NCBI GenBank assembly: GCA_016207165.1
Contig: JACQQD010000012.1
Location: forward strand, 1 to 64,000
Source: Candidatus Micrarchaeota archaeon
GTDB taxonomy: Archaea; Micrarchaeota; Micrarchaeia; Norongarragalinales; Norongarragalinaceae
Reading direction: 5' to 3'
Length of the DNA: 64,000 nucleotides
This document shows, one piece after another, positions 36,654 through 45,506 of this stretch. The position numbers were made by a program, and so were the translations under genes. Under the pieces are notes generated by a model that was given only the letters and a program-made list of their open reading frames with translations, was not told the DNA's origin and searched no databases. Positions within the stretch are counted from its first letter, which is position 1, and each line of letters starts with the position of its first letter.

Positions 36654-38087
36654 TCACACGTTGTTGTAGATGTCTTTGGTGCCGTCCAAGACGTCCAAGC
36701 CGCCGACGTCCGTTTTGCGGCCCAAGAGATGGTCGGCGGCCAAAAGCCCGGACTCGACGGCGTGGCCCATGTTGTTGTAGCGGTAGATGGCGGAGCGGCC
36801 GATGGATTGCAGGTTCTTGAATCCGGCGAGGTACTCCGTCACGGTTTGGACGTGGTCTTGGTAGCCGATGAAGTAGACGGGGTACGCGTTTTTCGCCCGA
36901 AGCACCGACGAGCCCACGACGCGTTGGGTTTGAACCAAACCCGATTTCTCAAGTTCATCTTTGGCGAGTTCAATGATTTGAGCGTCGCTTTTCCTCCAGA
37001 AATCGTCGCCGCGGAAGCAGTTGTACTCCACGGAAAGGGGGCACAACGGGCCTCGGCCCATGGCGTCGGAGAGGTTGCGGAAGTTGGTGATGCGGTAGGC
37101 CTGCAAGTCGTCGGAAATGATTTGCAGCCATTGGCCGTCAAACGGGTTGCCGTCCACCACGAAATTGACCATGACGAGGTCACGGAAGTAGAGCTTGGAC
37201 GCGGCGTCAATAACGTCTTGGGGCGGTTTTGGCTTAAGCATTCCGACGAAGTCGTTCAGCGGCAACGTGGAAATAAAGTGTTCACCGGTTACGGCATGGG
37301 TGCCGTCCCGCGTTTGGGTGTCCACGGCGGTGATGCGATCGTGCTGGTGGTGGATGCCGGTTACTTCGGATTGCAGGTGGAATTTCGCGATACCGGTTTT
37401 CTCCGTGATTTCCTTGAGGTGGTCGTACAGGTGTCCGGACCCGTTTTTGTGGTGGAAAAAGACGTGGCCGGCGCCGGTGGGCTCCGCGTCCGCCTTGGCT
37501 TTGGCTTTCTTGGATTGGTTCATCCATGCGTGAATCATCCGCTTCGCCATGGCCAAAAACGAGGGGCGCGAAAGCATGCGGTGCGCCCACTTGCGCTCGA
37601 TGTGTCCGGGGTCGACGCCCCAGAATTTCTTCTGGGGGCCTTCGTGAAATACCGAATACATTTTATCGCCGTAGTCGTTGACCATTTGATCCCGGTAAGA
37701 GGAGGGACGTGGTTTGGGAAGCAGGCTGCGTCGAAGAAAACTGGCGGCAATGGAGGCTTGTTCAGTGACCGGCAGACTCAGGAAAATCTCAGAAAACGAG
37801 CCGAACGCTTTGCCGCGAAAGTACTGCTTCGAGTTTTCGTGCAGGGAAAACATCTGGTTTTCTCCGATGAGCTTCCAGAAGTTGACGATGCGCTCGTTGC
37901 GCCGGATGAAGATGTGGGGGCCCAAGTCAAACTGGCAGCCCAGCAATTCCGTGGTGCGCGAGAGGCCGCCGACCGCCTGGCTTTTCTCGACGACGTCCAC
38001 GGGTTTTCCATGGATGGAAAGTTCATAGGCGGCGGCAAGTCCGGTGGGGCCGGCACCCAAAATCACGGTGTTCAATGGAGAAGTCAT
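36654..38087 (-). CDS. FAD-dependent oxidoreductase (protoporphyrinogen oxidase/amine oxidase-like, glycan-cluster type)
   Basis: ILGAGPTGL, VGGLSRT, FDLGPH, GR..YRYNNM; ATG 38087. Confidence 0.85.
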   Translation of the reverse strand: MTSPLNTVILGAGPTGLAAAYELSIHGKPVDVVEKSQAVGGLSRTTELLGCQFDLGPHIFIRRNERIVNFWKLIGENQMFSLHENSKQYFRGKAFGSFSEIFLSLPVTEQASIAASFLRRSLLPKPRPSSYRDQMVNDYGDKMYSVFHEGPQKKFWGVDPGHIERKWAHRMLSRPSFLAMAKRMIHAWMNQSKKAKAKADAEPTGAGHVFFHHKNGSGHLYDHLKEITEKTGIAKFHLQSEVTGIHHQHDRITAVDTQTRDGTHAVTGEHFISTLPLNDFVGMLKPKPPQDVIDAASKLYFRDLVMVNFVVDGNPFDGQWLQIISDDLQAYRITNFRNLSDAMGRGPLCPLSVEYNCFRGDDFWRKSDAQIIELAKDELEKSGLVQTQRVVGSSVLRAKNAYPVYFIGYQDHVQTVTEYLAGFKNLQSIGRSAIYRYNNMGHAVESGLLAADHLLGRKTDVGGLDVLDGTKDIYNNV

Positions 38088-38130
38088 GGACAGTGGATTC
38101 AACCTGGAAAAGACAACACCAACAACAAGA

Positions 38131-38171
38131 AAGTAAAACTTTATATACATTTTGTAAAGTAATCTTTACCT
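38131..38171. promoter_or_regulatory. two ATGTAAA-N6-TTTACAT-type boxes
   Basis: AAGTAAAACTTTATATACAT (38131) and TTGTAAAGTAATCTTTACCT (38152), 21-bp spacing. Confidence 0.7.
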
Positions 38172-38213
38172 ATCGGGCGTAGAGTTTGGAAGGATTTGGG
38201 TTAGTTTCAAGCC

Positions 38214-39632
38214 ATGGCAACGGAGCGAACCACATTTGTCAAGAACACGGCCCTGATTTTGGCGGCCAACGTCTTGGTCTTGGCCATCAGCTTTTTTTTG
38301 CGCCCCCTCATCGCACGATTCATTGGCCCTGACCAGTACGGCGTGTTCGCGTTGATTCTGACCACGTCGATGGTAGTCACTGCGTTCACCGCGTTTTCCA
38401 TGAACAGCGCCGTACTTTACTTCGTATCCAAGCACCACGGCCAGCGACAAAAAGTGGGCCAAACCATGGGCTCGGCTTGTTGGTTCGTCACCGCACTTTT
38501 TGCCGCGTTCTTCGTGCCGCTGTGGCTGCTGATTCCGGCGTTGGTCTCGGAAATCACGTGGTGGCCGTTTGCCACCGCGTACGTCCTTTCGTACGCCAGC
38601 GTCATGCTGTACCTGCTTCAAGCCGGCCAACAGGGCCTCGAAAAATTCAGGGACTACAGCGCCACCCTTTTCCTGTCAACGTTTTTGGCCGGCGTTTTGT
38701 CCGTGGGCGCCGCCTATTTCTTCGGCGACGCATTGGCGGCCGCCGCGCTCCGGGTAGCGGGACTGGCCGCGGTGGTCATCGCCGGATTTTCCATGCTGAA
38801 ACTCGCGTGGGGTTTCAATCGCACACCCCTCAACACGTTACTTCGGTACGCGACGCCCCTGGCCGTCGGCGGGTGGTTTGGATCCTTTTACGCGGTGGTG
38901 GACCGCTACCTCATCGCCCACTTTCACCCGACCGCGGAAGTCGGCTTCTACGACGTGTCGTATGCACTGGTCGTCGCCGTGATCCCGTTTGCGTCCACGT
39001 TTTTCACCGTCATGTCACCCCGCGTCATCAAGAACACGGAATCCTTTCCCACGTATTTCAAGAACATTTCGCGGGCCACGACGTTGGCCGTCACCGGGTT
39101 TGCCTTGGCGGCGTTTTACTTCTCCGACGTCATCGTAACCCTGTTGCTGGGTTCCGAGTACCTGGCGGCGACTCCCATGATCAAAGTATTGGCATTGGCC
39201 GTGCCGTTCATGGCGCTTTACGGATTGAACGCCACGTCGCTTAACGCCTTGGGTAAAACCAAGCTGTCGTCGGGCCTGGCGGTTTTGCTGTTGGCCAGCC
39301 TTCTGGCGCTCAACCTGTTCCTGGTCCAGCCGTTGGGCGGAGTGGGGGCGGCGTGGGCCACCGTGGCCGCGTACGCCCTGGTGACGGGACTGGGAATCGC
39401 GTACGTGCGGGTGAGGCACCGCGTCACCGTGCGGCCGGTGGCGACACAGCTAGCCCTGTTTTACGCGTTCGTGTTGGCGTACGGGTTCCTGGTCGAGCCA
39501 TGGGGTTTCAAAGCCAAGGCCGCGGCTTTCGTGGCGTTTAGTTTGACGACGCTGGCGCTCAACCGCGACCTGATTCAATCCGTGCTCGCCGACGCCCATC
39601 TAAGCCGGTTCATTGAAAAGTGGAAGCGGTAA
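38214..39632 (+). CDS. Wzx/MOP-family oligosaccharide flippase
   Basis: ARFIGPDQYG, VDRYLI..EVGFY, GGVGAAWAT; many TM segments. Confidence 0.88.
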   Translation: MATERTTFVKNTALILAANVLVLAISFFLRPLIARFIGPDQYGVFALILTTSMVVTAFTAFSMNSAVLYFVSKHHGQRQKVGQTMGSACWFVTALFAAFFVPLWLLIPALVSEITWWPFATAYVLSYASVMLYLLQAGQQGLEKFRDYSATLFLSTFLAGVLSVGAAYFFGDALAAAALRVAGLAAVVIAGFSMLKLAWGFNRTPLNTLLRYATPLAVGGWFGSFYAVVDRYLIAHFHPTAEVGFYDVSYALVVAVIPFASTFFTVMSPRVIKNTESFPTYFKNISRATTLAVTGFALAAFYFSDVIVTLLLGSEYLAATPMIKVLALAVPFMALYGLNATSLNALGKTKLSSGLAVLLLASLLALNLFLVQPLGGVGAAWATVAAYALVTGLGIAYVRVRHRVTVRPVATQLALFYAFVLAYGFLVEPWGFKAKAAAFVAFSLTTLALNRDLIQSVLADAHLSRFIEKWKR

Positions 39633-39640
39633 GACCCGTT

Positions 39641-40405
39641 CTATCGTTTTTCGTTCAGCACAACGGAGAGTTCATGGGCGTTGGGAAAATTGATGAGCAC
39701 CGCCCGGTTTCTGCCCATGTATACGGCCATGCTTCCGGCGGCCACCGCCGACGCACCGGCGTCCACGGCTTGCTTGAAATGCATGAGTTCCCAGGCACCG
39801 CCGCAAGCGATGACGGGAATGGAGACGGCGCGGGAAACTTGGCGTATGAGTTCCAAGTCGTAGCCTTGCAGGGTGCCTTCGCGGTCAATGGACGTGAGGA
39901 AAATCTCGCCGGCGCCCCGCTTCTGCACGTTCAACGCATGGGCGGCGGGATCCAGGCCCGTGGGCGTCGTACCGCTGCGAGTAAAGACTTCGTAGCCGGA
40001 ACCGGTTTTTTTGGCGTCGATGGAAACCATTACGGCTTGCGCCCCGAACACCTCGGAGGCCTGCGTGATGAAGGAGGGGTTTTCCACGGCATGGGTGTTG
40101 ACCACGATTTTCTCGACGCCCAAGGCGAAAAGCCGGCGGGCGTCGTCCAAACTCGTTATGCCGCCGCCGTACGTAAGCGGCATGAAGCACTCGTCGGCAA
40201 TCTGCTGGATGGCCTCAAACGCAGGTTTTCGGTTCTCCCGCGTCGCGGAAATGTCTAAAACCACCAACTCGTCCACCTGCTTTTCGTTGTAAATCTTGAT
40301 GGCATTCACCGGGTCGCCGACGTAGTTGGCGTCCTTGAATTGGATGGTCTTGACGAGCCGGTCGTTCTTCAAAAGCAGGCAAGGCATGACGCGGGTTAAC
40401 AACAT
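39641..40405 (-). CDS. HisF-like cyclase subunit (WbuZ/AglZ type)
   Basis: RVMPCLL, YVGDPVNA, FMPLTYGGG, SIDREGT. Confidence 0.88.
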   Translation of the reverse strand: MLLTRVMPCLLLKNDRLVKTIQFKDANYVGDPVNAIKIYNEKQVDELVVLDISATRENRKPAFEAIQQIADECFMPLTYGGGITSLDDARRLFALGVEKIVVNTHAVENPSFITQASEVFGAQAVMVSIDAKKTGSGYEVFTRSGTTPTGLDPAAHALNVQKRGAGEIFLTSIDREGTLQGYDLELIRQVSRAVSIPVIACGGAWELMHFKQAVDAGASAVAAGSMAVYMGRNRAVLINFPNAHELSVVLNEKR

Positions 40406-40409
40406 ACCG

Positions 40410-41036
40410 TCACGCCTTCCTGACGAAGTTTTCCAACAGCTTCATTCCAAACGAGTGGCTTTTTTCGGGGTGGAACTGGACGCCGAAGATGTTGCCTTTG
40501 GCCACCGACGAAGTGAAATCGTAGCCGTAGGGCGTGGTGGCGGCCACGTCCGACGGGTTTTGGCAGACGACGTGGTAGGAGTGCACGAAGTAAAACCGCG
40601 AGTCGTCGGGCATGCCCGAAAACAGGGGGTCTTCTTGCTGGATGGACACGCGGTTCCACCCCATGTGCGGGATTTTCAGTCCCATCTTCGGGTTGAACTT
40701 GAATCGGACGGTCTCTCCTTGAATCCAGCCCAGGCCCGGAAGTTTTCCTTCCTCGCTTTTTTTGCTCAAGAGTTGCATGCCGAGGCAAATGCCCAGCACC
40801 GGGGTCTTGTCTTTGAGGACTTTTTTGTTCAATACCGGGATCAGCCCGCTTTGGTTCAACGCCTGCATGCCGGAGTCAAAAGCGCCCACGCCCGGCAAGA
40901 ATAGTTTTTCCGCGGCCTCGATGACGGCGGGATCCGACGACACGGTGGCCCGGACGCCGATGCGTTTGAGCATGTTCTGAATGGAACCCAAATTGCCGAT
41001 GCCGCAGTCCACGATGACCAGCATGGGCTTACTCAT
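40410..41036 (-). CDS. HisH-like glutamine amidotransferase (WbuY/AglY type)
   Basis: LPGVGAFD, GICLGMQ, PHMGWN, QFHPEKS. Confidence 0.9.
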   Translation of the reverse strand: MSKPMLVIVDCGIGNLGSIQNMLKRIGVRATVSSDPAVIEAAEKLFLPGVGAFDSGMQALNQSGLIPVLNKKVLKDKTPVLGICLGMQLLSKKSEEGKLPGLGWIQGETVRFKFNPKMGLKIPHMGWNRVSIQQEDPLFSGMPDDSRFYFVHSYHVVCQNPSDVAATTPYGYDFTSSVAKGNIFGVQFHPEKSHSFGMKLLENFVRKA

Positions 41037-41089
41037 GGCAAGTACCCCATAAAACCGTCGCCATGGAATCGAAATCCGGTGTCTTCACG

Positions 41090-42136
41090 TCAGGTCAGCC
41101 CCTCATACGCTTGAATGAGTTGGCGGGTAATGGGTTGCCACTGGTGGTGCTTGAGCACGAATTTTCGGGCGCGCTCGCCCATTTTTTCCCGGTAGGCCGG
41201 ATCGGCCAAGGCCAACAGTCCGGCCAGGATTTCCTCCTGCGTGTGGGCGTTGGCAATGGGCGGTTTTTCCCCGTAGAAGCGTTCGCCGAGTTTTTCGTCG
41301 ATGTACCGCAGGACCGGTTTTCCGCAAGACATGGCCTCAAGCGCCACCAACCCAAAGGAGCCGATGTTGAACTCGTCAGCCAAGAAATCGGCTTTTCGGT
41401 ACCACGAAAGCATTTCGGCTTGGCTGAGCCAATTTAGAAACGTGACGTTGCGTCCGATGCCCAATTCGGAAACCAGCGCCTTGCTTCTCTCTTTATGGAT
41501 GTCCCAATCCACGGCAAACAACTGCGCATCGGGATGGGTCTTGAGAAATTCGGCGAAGGCCCTGAAGAACTTGTCGTTGCCTTTCGTCACCCAGGAATGC
41601 CGGGTGGGATAGAAAATGGTCAGCCGCGGGTCGGCTCGCGCGACGGAACGCGGCGAATACGTTTCCGTGTCAATGATTTGGAAGACGAATTCCGCATCCA
41701 GGCCCATCTTTTCGAACAACCCCACCTGATCCGGCTGGGAAAAAAGGAGGTGGTCGCACGACGCATACGCGCGCCGCAACAAGAAACCCAGCAAGGTATT
41801 TTCCTGTGCGAACAACCTCAAATCGCTTCCCACGGGTTGCGCGATGAACGGCTTCCCCAAGAGTTGCGCGTAGACGACGCGGCCCCCATGCGCGTGGATC
41901 ACGTCGTATTTCCGCGTGTTTTTCCAGAGCGTGTACAGCGTCTTTGCCGGGTTCTGGGGCCGCCAGTATTTGACCCAAAAATGCCGCTGGTCTTCCGGTG
42001 GCAGTTCCACATCGCTTGGATCGCTGGAGACCATCAACTCGCAGTCTACGCCAGCCTGCCGCAAGTATTTAGCGTAATTGAACGACAGGTTGCAGACGTT
42101 GCCCAGCTGAAGCACTTTCACGACCCATGCACCCAC
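41090..42136 (-). CDS. GT4 glycosyltransferase
   Basis: KGNDK and GLVALEAMSCGKPV; exact start uncertain. Confidence 0.85.
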   Translation of the reverse strand: MGAWVVKVLQLGNVCNLSFNYAKYLRQAGVDCELMVSSDPSDVELPPEDQRHFWVKYWRPQNPAKTLYTLWKNTRKYDVIHAHGGRVVYAQLLGKPFIAQPVGSDLRLFAQENTLLGFLLRRAYASCDHLLFSQPDQVGLFEKMGLDAEFVFQIIDTETYSPRSVARADPRLTIFYPTRHSWVTKGNDKFFRAFAEFLKTHPDAQLFAVDWDIHKERSKALVSELGIGRNVTFLNWLSQAEMLSWYRKADFLADEFNIGSFGLVALEAMSCGKPVLRYIDEKLGERFYGEKPPIANAHTQEEILAGLLALADPAYREKMGERARKFVLKHHQWQPITRQLIQAYEGLT

Positions 42137-42171
42137 GCCGGCGTCTTGCGGCCGACACCACGCTCAGAGAA

Positions 42172-42235
42172 ATGTAAAGTTTGTTTTACATGCCCCTATT
42201 TAACGGTTTTTAGAGATGTAAAGTTTATTTAACAT
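42172..42235. promoter_or_regulatory. two ATGTAAA-N6-TTTACAT-type boxes
   Basis: ATGTAAAGTTTGTTTTACAT (42172) and ATGTAAAGTTTATTTAACAT (42216). Confidence 0.75.
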
Positions 42236-42247
42236 GGCGTCGCCGGT

Positions 42248-43108
42248 ATGCCCATGGAGAAAGTGCTCATCACCGGCGCCAACGGCTATCTGGGAGCGCG
42301 GCTTGCCGAACAACTGCAATCCGGCTACGACGTCATCGGACTGGTCCGAAGCCAAAAAAAAATGCCGTTTGAAAGCGTCGTTCACGACTTAAGCTCGCCG
42401 GACCAGCTGGAAGTGGACTTTGACGCCGCCATCCACGTGGCCGCCATGGAGCCGGACGCATGCCGAAAAGACCCGGTACAAGCGGAGCGCACCAACGTTT
42501 TCGGAACCATCAAACTCCTGGAAGCCGCCAGGAAAAACAAGGCCGAAAAGTTCATCTACGCATCCACCGGATCCGTATACGGCCCAAACGAAAAGCCCGC
42601 CCGCGAAACCATGGCCGTGAATTGCCAGGACGCGTATTGCAGAACCAAATACGGGGGGGAATTGGCCGCGCGACGCTTCAGCCGGTTCTTCCCGGTTTGC
42701 ACGCTGCGTTACTTTTTTCCCTACGGCCCCGGAACACACCCCAGCCGGCTAGTGCAACGAATGGTCAAACACATCCAAACAGGGCAACCCGTTGAACTAA
42801 ACAACGGGAATCGCCCGCAACTCAATCCCCTGTACATCGATGACGTGGTGGCCGCCACCCGCCTTGCGTTGGAACAGGACACCGGCGCGCATGCCGTTCT
42901 GAACGTGGCCGGCGAGGAAAAAACGGACATCCGGGACTTGGCGGAAAAAATCGGCCGCGCCCTCGGCGGGAAGAAACCGGTTTTCAAAAGAACCGGGAAA
43001 ACGTGCTCCAATTACTTGGCGGACATCACCGAGCTAAAAAAAACAGGCTTCCGGCAACGATACTCGCTGGAAGAAGGAATCCTCAAGACGGTTCAAGCCA
43101 CGGCGTAG
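42248..43108 (+). CDS. NAD-dependent epimerase/dehydratase
   Basis: TGANGYLG, STGSVYG, YCRTK. Confidence 0.88.
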   Translation: MPMEKVLITGANGYLGARLAEQLQSGYDVIGLVRSQKKMPFESVVHDLSSPDQLEVDFDAAIHVAAMEPDACRKDPVQAERTNVFGTIKLLEAARKNKAEKFIYASTGSVYGPNEKPARETMAVNCQDAYCRTKYGGELAARRFSRFFPVCTLRYFFPYGPGTHPSRLVQRMVKHIQTGQPVELNNGNRPQLNPLYIDDVVAATRLALEQDTGAHAVLNVAGEEKTDIRDLAEKIGRALGGKKPVFKRTGKTCSNYLADITELKKTGFRQRYSLEEGILKTVQATA

Positions 43109-43112
43109 GCCA

Positions 43113-44282
43113 TCACGTGGCCGGCCGCGTGTACTTGATGTAGAAACTCTTGGGAACCAGTTCCGTTTTGTACATGAGCCAGAAAAGCGGCCGCAGCATG
43201 CGGAACGTGGGGTGATACGTCTCAAAGTCCTTGTGCGTCCGATGCGGCGCACGCAGTATCTCTTCAAACTCCTCGTCGCTTAAGTTCAACCGTTTCTTGA
43301 CTTCCTCCGTGACTTCGTCGTCGTAGGGCACCGGAGTCTTGAGTTCTTCCAGGGCCGCCTCGCGGCTTAACTGCCCGGAGCGGACCATGGCGGCCAATTC
43401 CGTGTAACGCAGGTCCCGGCCGAATTTGCCGGCGAGAATCAAGTTATCCCCAAAAATCGTGTAGCGGTTTTCCATGTGGTGGCCGCCGTACCACTGCCAA
43501 CCAAATTCTTTCGACAGAAACGTCTTGGTTTCCTCCTTCTGGTAGTCCACGTAGTACAAAGGCCGGGCCCGCTTGATGCCTTTCAACAGCCACTTCATCC
43601 ACTTGGACAGCCACAAGTTCGGGTAATGCTTGATTTTCATCGTACCGTAGCGTTTGTGCACGCTTTCCACGTACTTGCCGTCAAAATAGAACCACCCCAA
43701 CGGCGCAAAGCCCTCGGTGCGAAACGAGTGCCCGTCCAGAATGTACTTGACGTGGTGCTTGTCCGCCGCCTCGTACAACGTGGTAATCAAGCCGATGTCG
43801 GTGACGCAATCCGCTTCCGGCACCGAAGCCTTGAGAAAGGCCCGAACCAAGTCATTGAATTCGTCGTTGTCCATGACATACGTGTACAAGTCAATGTCCA
43901 GCTTCCGAAGCACGCGGTGGATGTTCTCCACGGCGATGCGCGAATTCCACGTATTGTCAAAATGAACGGCCAAGGGGCGCAGCCCCAACTTGACTTTCGC
44001 CAGGTACAACAAATACGAGGAATCGCACCCTCCGGAAACGCCGATCACGCAATCATACTTGTTGTTCTTGCCGGAAGCCTTGATACGCTCGGCCAACTCC
44101 ACCAACTTTTTCCAGCCAGCCTCGCCCGTGGGGTACTCGCGATCCATTTGGTCGTGCATGGCGCAGTAATTGCACACGCCCCGATCGTCAAACGTGGTGC
44201 GGGGAATGGTCGTGTCATACACGCACCTCACGCAGGTTTGCCGGGGGCCGGAGCCTCGTTTTTCGTCCATCACAAAAGTCAC
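43113..44282 (-). CDS. N-acetyl sugar amidotransferase (WbuX/AglX type)
   Basis: CxxC..CNYC, PP-loop GVSGGCDSS, YGGHHME; alternative ATG at 44270. Confidence 0.9.
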   Translation of the reverse strand: MTFVMDEKRGSGPRQTCVRCVYDTTIPRTTFDDRGVCNYCAMHDQMDREYPTGEAGWKKLVELAERIKASGKNNKYDCVIGVSGGCDSSYLLYLAKVKLGLRPLAVHFDNTWNSRIAVENIHRVLRKLDIDLYTYVMDNDEFNDLVRAFLKASVPEADCVTDIGLITTLYEAADKHHVKYILDGHSFRTEGFAPLGWFYFDGKYVESVHKRYGTMKIKHYPNLWLSKWMKWLLKGIKRARPLYYVDYQKEETKTFLSKEFGWQWYGGHHMENRYTIFGDNLILAGKFGRDLRYTELAAMVRSGQLSREAALEELKTPVPYDDEVTEEVKKRLNLSDEEFEEILRAPHRTHKDFETYHPTFRMLRPLFWLMYKTELVPKSFYIKYTRPAT

Positions 44283-44373
44283 ACTATAGGGTCAAGCCAA
44301 TCCAAACCAAGCGGCGGACCATCGAGTCGAAGCCACGATGCCACCCCGCCTTTTGAAGCAAACCTAGGAACGA

Positions 44374-44393
44374 ATGTATATAAAACTTTACAT
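44374..44393. promoter_or_regulatory. ATGTAAA-N6-TTTACAT-type box
   Basis: ATGTATATAAAACTTTACAT in a divergent intergenic region. Confidence 0.7.
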
Positions 44394-44471
44394 CCTCACG
44401 TACCATGGGAAATCGGAAAAAAAGAAAAGCGATCAAAAAGATTCGAACACGAAAAACCGTGGACAAACGAT

Positions 44472-45446
44472 ATGGCGAAAAACCAGGTGTTGGTAACCGG
44501 CGGCGCCGGATTCATTGGCAGCTTCGTGGTCGAACAACTCGTGCGACGAGGCAAAGACGTCGTGGTATTGGACAATTTCCGCTCCGGAAAACGCGGGAAC
44601 CTCTCGGCGGTGGCCAACCAAGTCAAAATCGTGGAAGGCGACATCCGGAGTCTGGACACCTTGGACCGCGTCATGCGGGGAATTCAAACCGTGTACCACA
44701 TGGCCGTCGAGCCCTTGACCATTGGATTGATTGACCCGTTCCTGATGGATTCCGTCAACAGCACCGGAACGCTCAACGTGTTGTACGCCGCCAAAAAACA
44801 CAAAGTCGTGCGCTTCAACTACGTGTCGTCATCCGAAGTATATGGCACGGCGAAGCATGTGCCCATGGACGAAGGCCACCCCTTGGATCCGTACACCACG
44901 TACGCGGCGTCCAAAGCCGCCGGCGAAGCGTACACGCGGGCCTACCACAACTGCTACGGCATGGACTACACCCTGATTCGGCCGTTCAACGCCTTTGGAC
45001 CCAGGCACCGCATGGACAGCTACAGCGCCGTGATCTTCCGGTTTTTGGAGCGCTTTTTGGCCGACAAACCGCCCATCGTCTACGGAACTGGAGAGCAGAC
45101 GCGGGACTTGAGCTTCGTCAAGGACTCCGCGCGCGGCATCGTGTTGGCGGGAGAATCGCCGGCCACCATCAACGACGCCATCAACATCGGCACCGGAACC
45201 GAGGTCAGCGTCAACGAAATCGCGCGCGTCATGGGGAAAGTGATGGGAAAAGACTTCGCGCCCCGGTACGAAAAAGAGCGGCCAGGCGACGTCATGCGCC
45301 ACTTGGCCGACGTGTCCAAAGCCAAGAAAGTCTTGGGCTTCAAGCCGGAACACACCTTTGAACAGGGCATCCGGGAAACGGTGGCTTGGTACAAAAACGC
45401 CCACGAGAACCACAGGCCGATTTCCGTCGGGGAAAAGAAAACGTGA
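44472..45446 (+). CDS. NAD-dependent epimerase/dehydratase
   Basis: ATG 44472 MAKNQVLVTGGAGFIGS, SSSEVYG, YAASK. Confidence 0.9.
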   Translation: MAKNQVLVTGGAGFIGSFVVEQLVRRGKDVVVLDNFRSGKRGNLSAVANQVKIVEGDIRSLDTLDRVMRGIQTVYHMAVEPLTIGLIDPFLMDSVNSTGTLNVLYAAKKHKVVRFNYVSSSEVYGTAKHVPMDEGHPLDPYTTYAASKAAGEAYTRAYHNCYGMDYTLIRPFNAFGPRHRMDSYSAVIFRFLERFLADKPPIVYGTGEQTRDLSFVKDSARGIVLAGESPATINDAINIGTGTEVSVNEIARVMGKVMGKDFAPRYEKERPGDVMRHLADVSKAKKVLGFKPEHTFEQGIRETVAWYKNAHENHRPISVGEKKT

Positions 45447-45506
45447 GCAAACCAAAGGGTTTTAACTCATTGACGGAAACAGTCCCTTTCAGCGTGTGAC
45501 CATCCA

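Noticed and set aside
36366-38162. Long alternative ORFs (e.g. 598 aa here; also 27132-28850, 30390-31724, 59876-61138)
   Set aside because: Antisense shadows of well-supported genes in GC-rich DNA
39641-41036. Histidine biosynthesis hisF/hisH
   Set aside because: Glycan-cluster context with a WbuX-like gene points to sugar amidotransferase subunits; no other his genes are present
43476-44471. N-terminal extension making the epimerase 656 aa
   Set aside because: Extension is antisense to the WbuX-like gene; the likely start is ATG 44472
44405-44734. Basic ORF MGNRKKRKAIKK overlapping the epimerase start
   Set aside because: Out of frame over a real gene; its composition is explained by an A-rich leader
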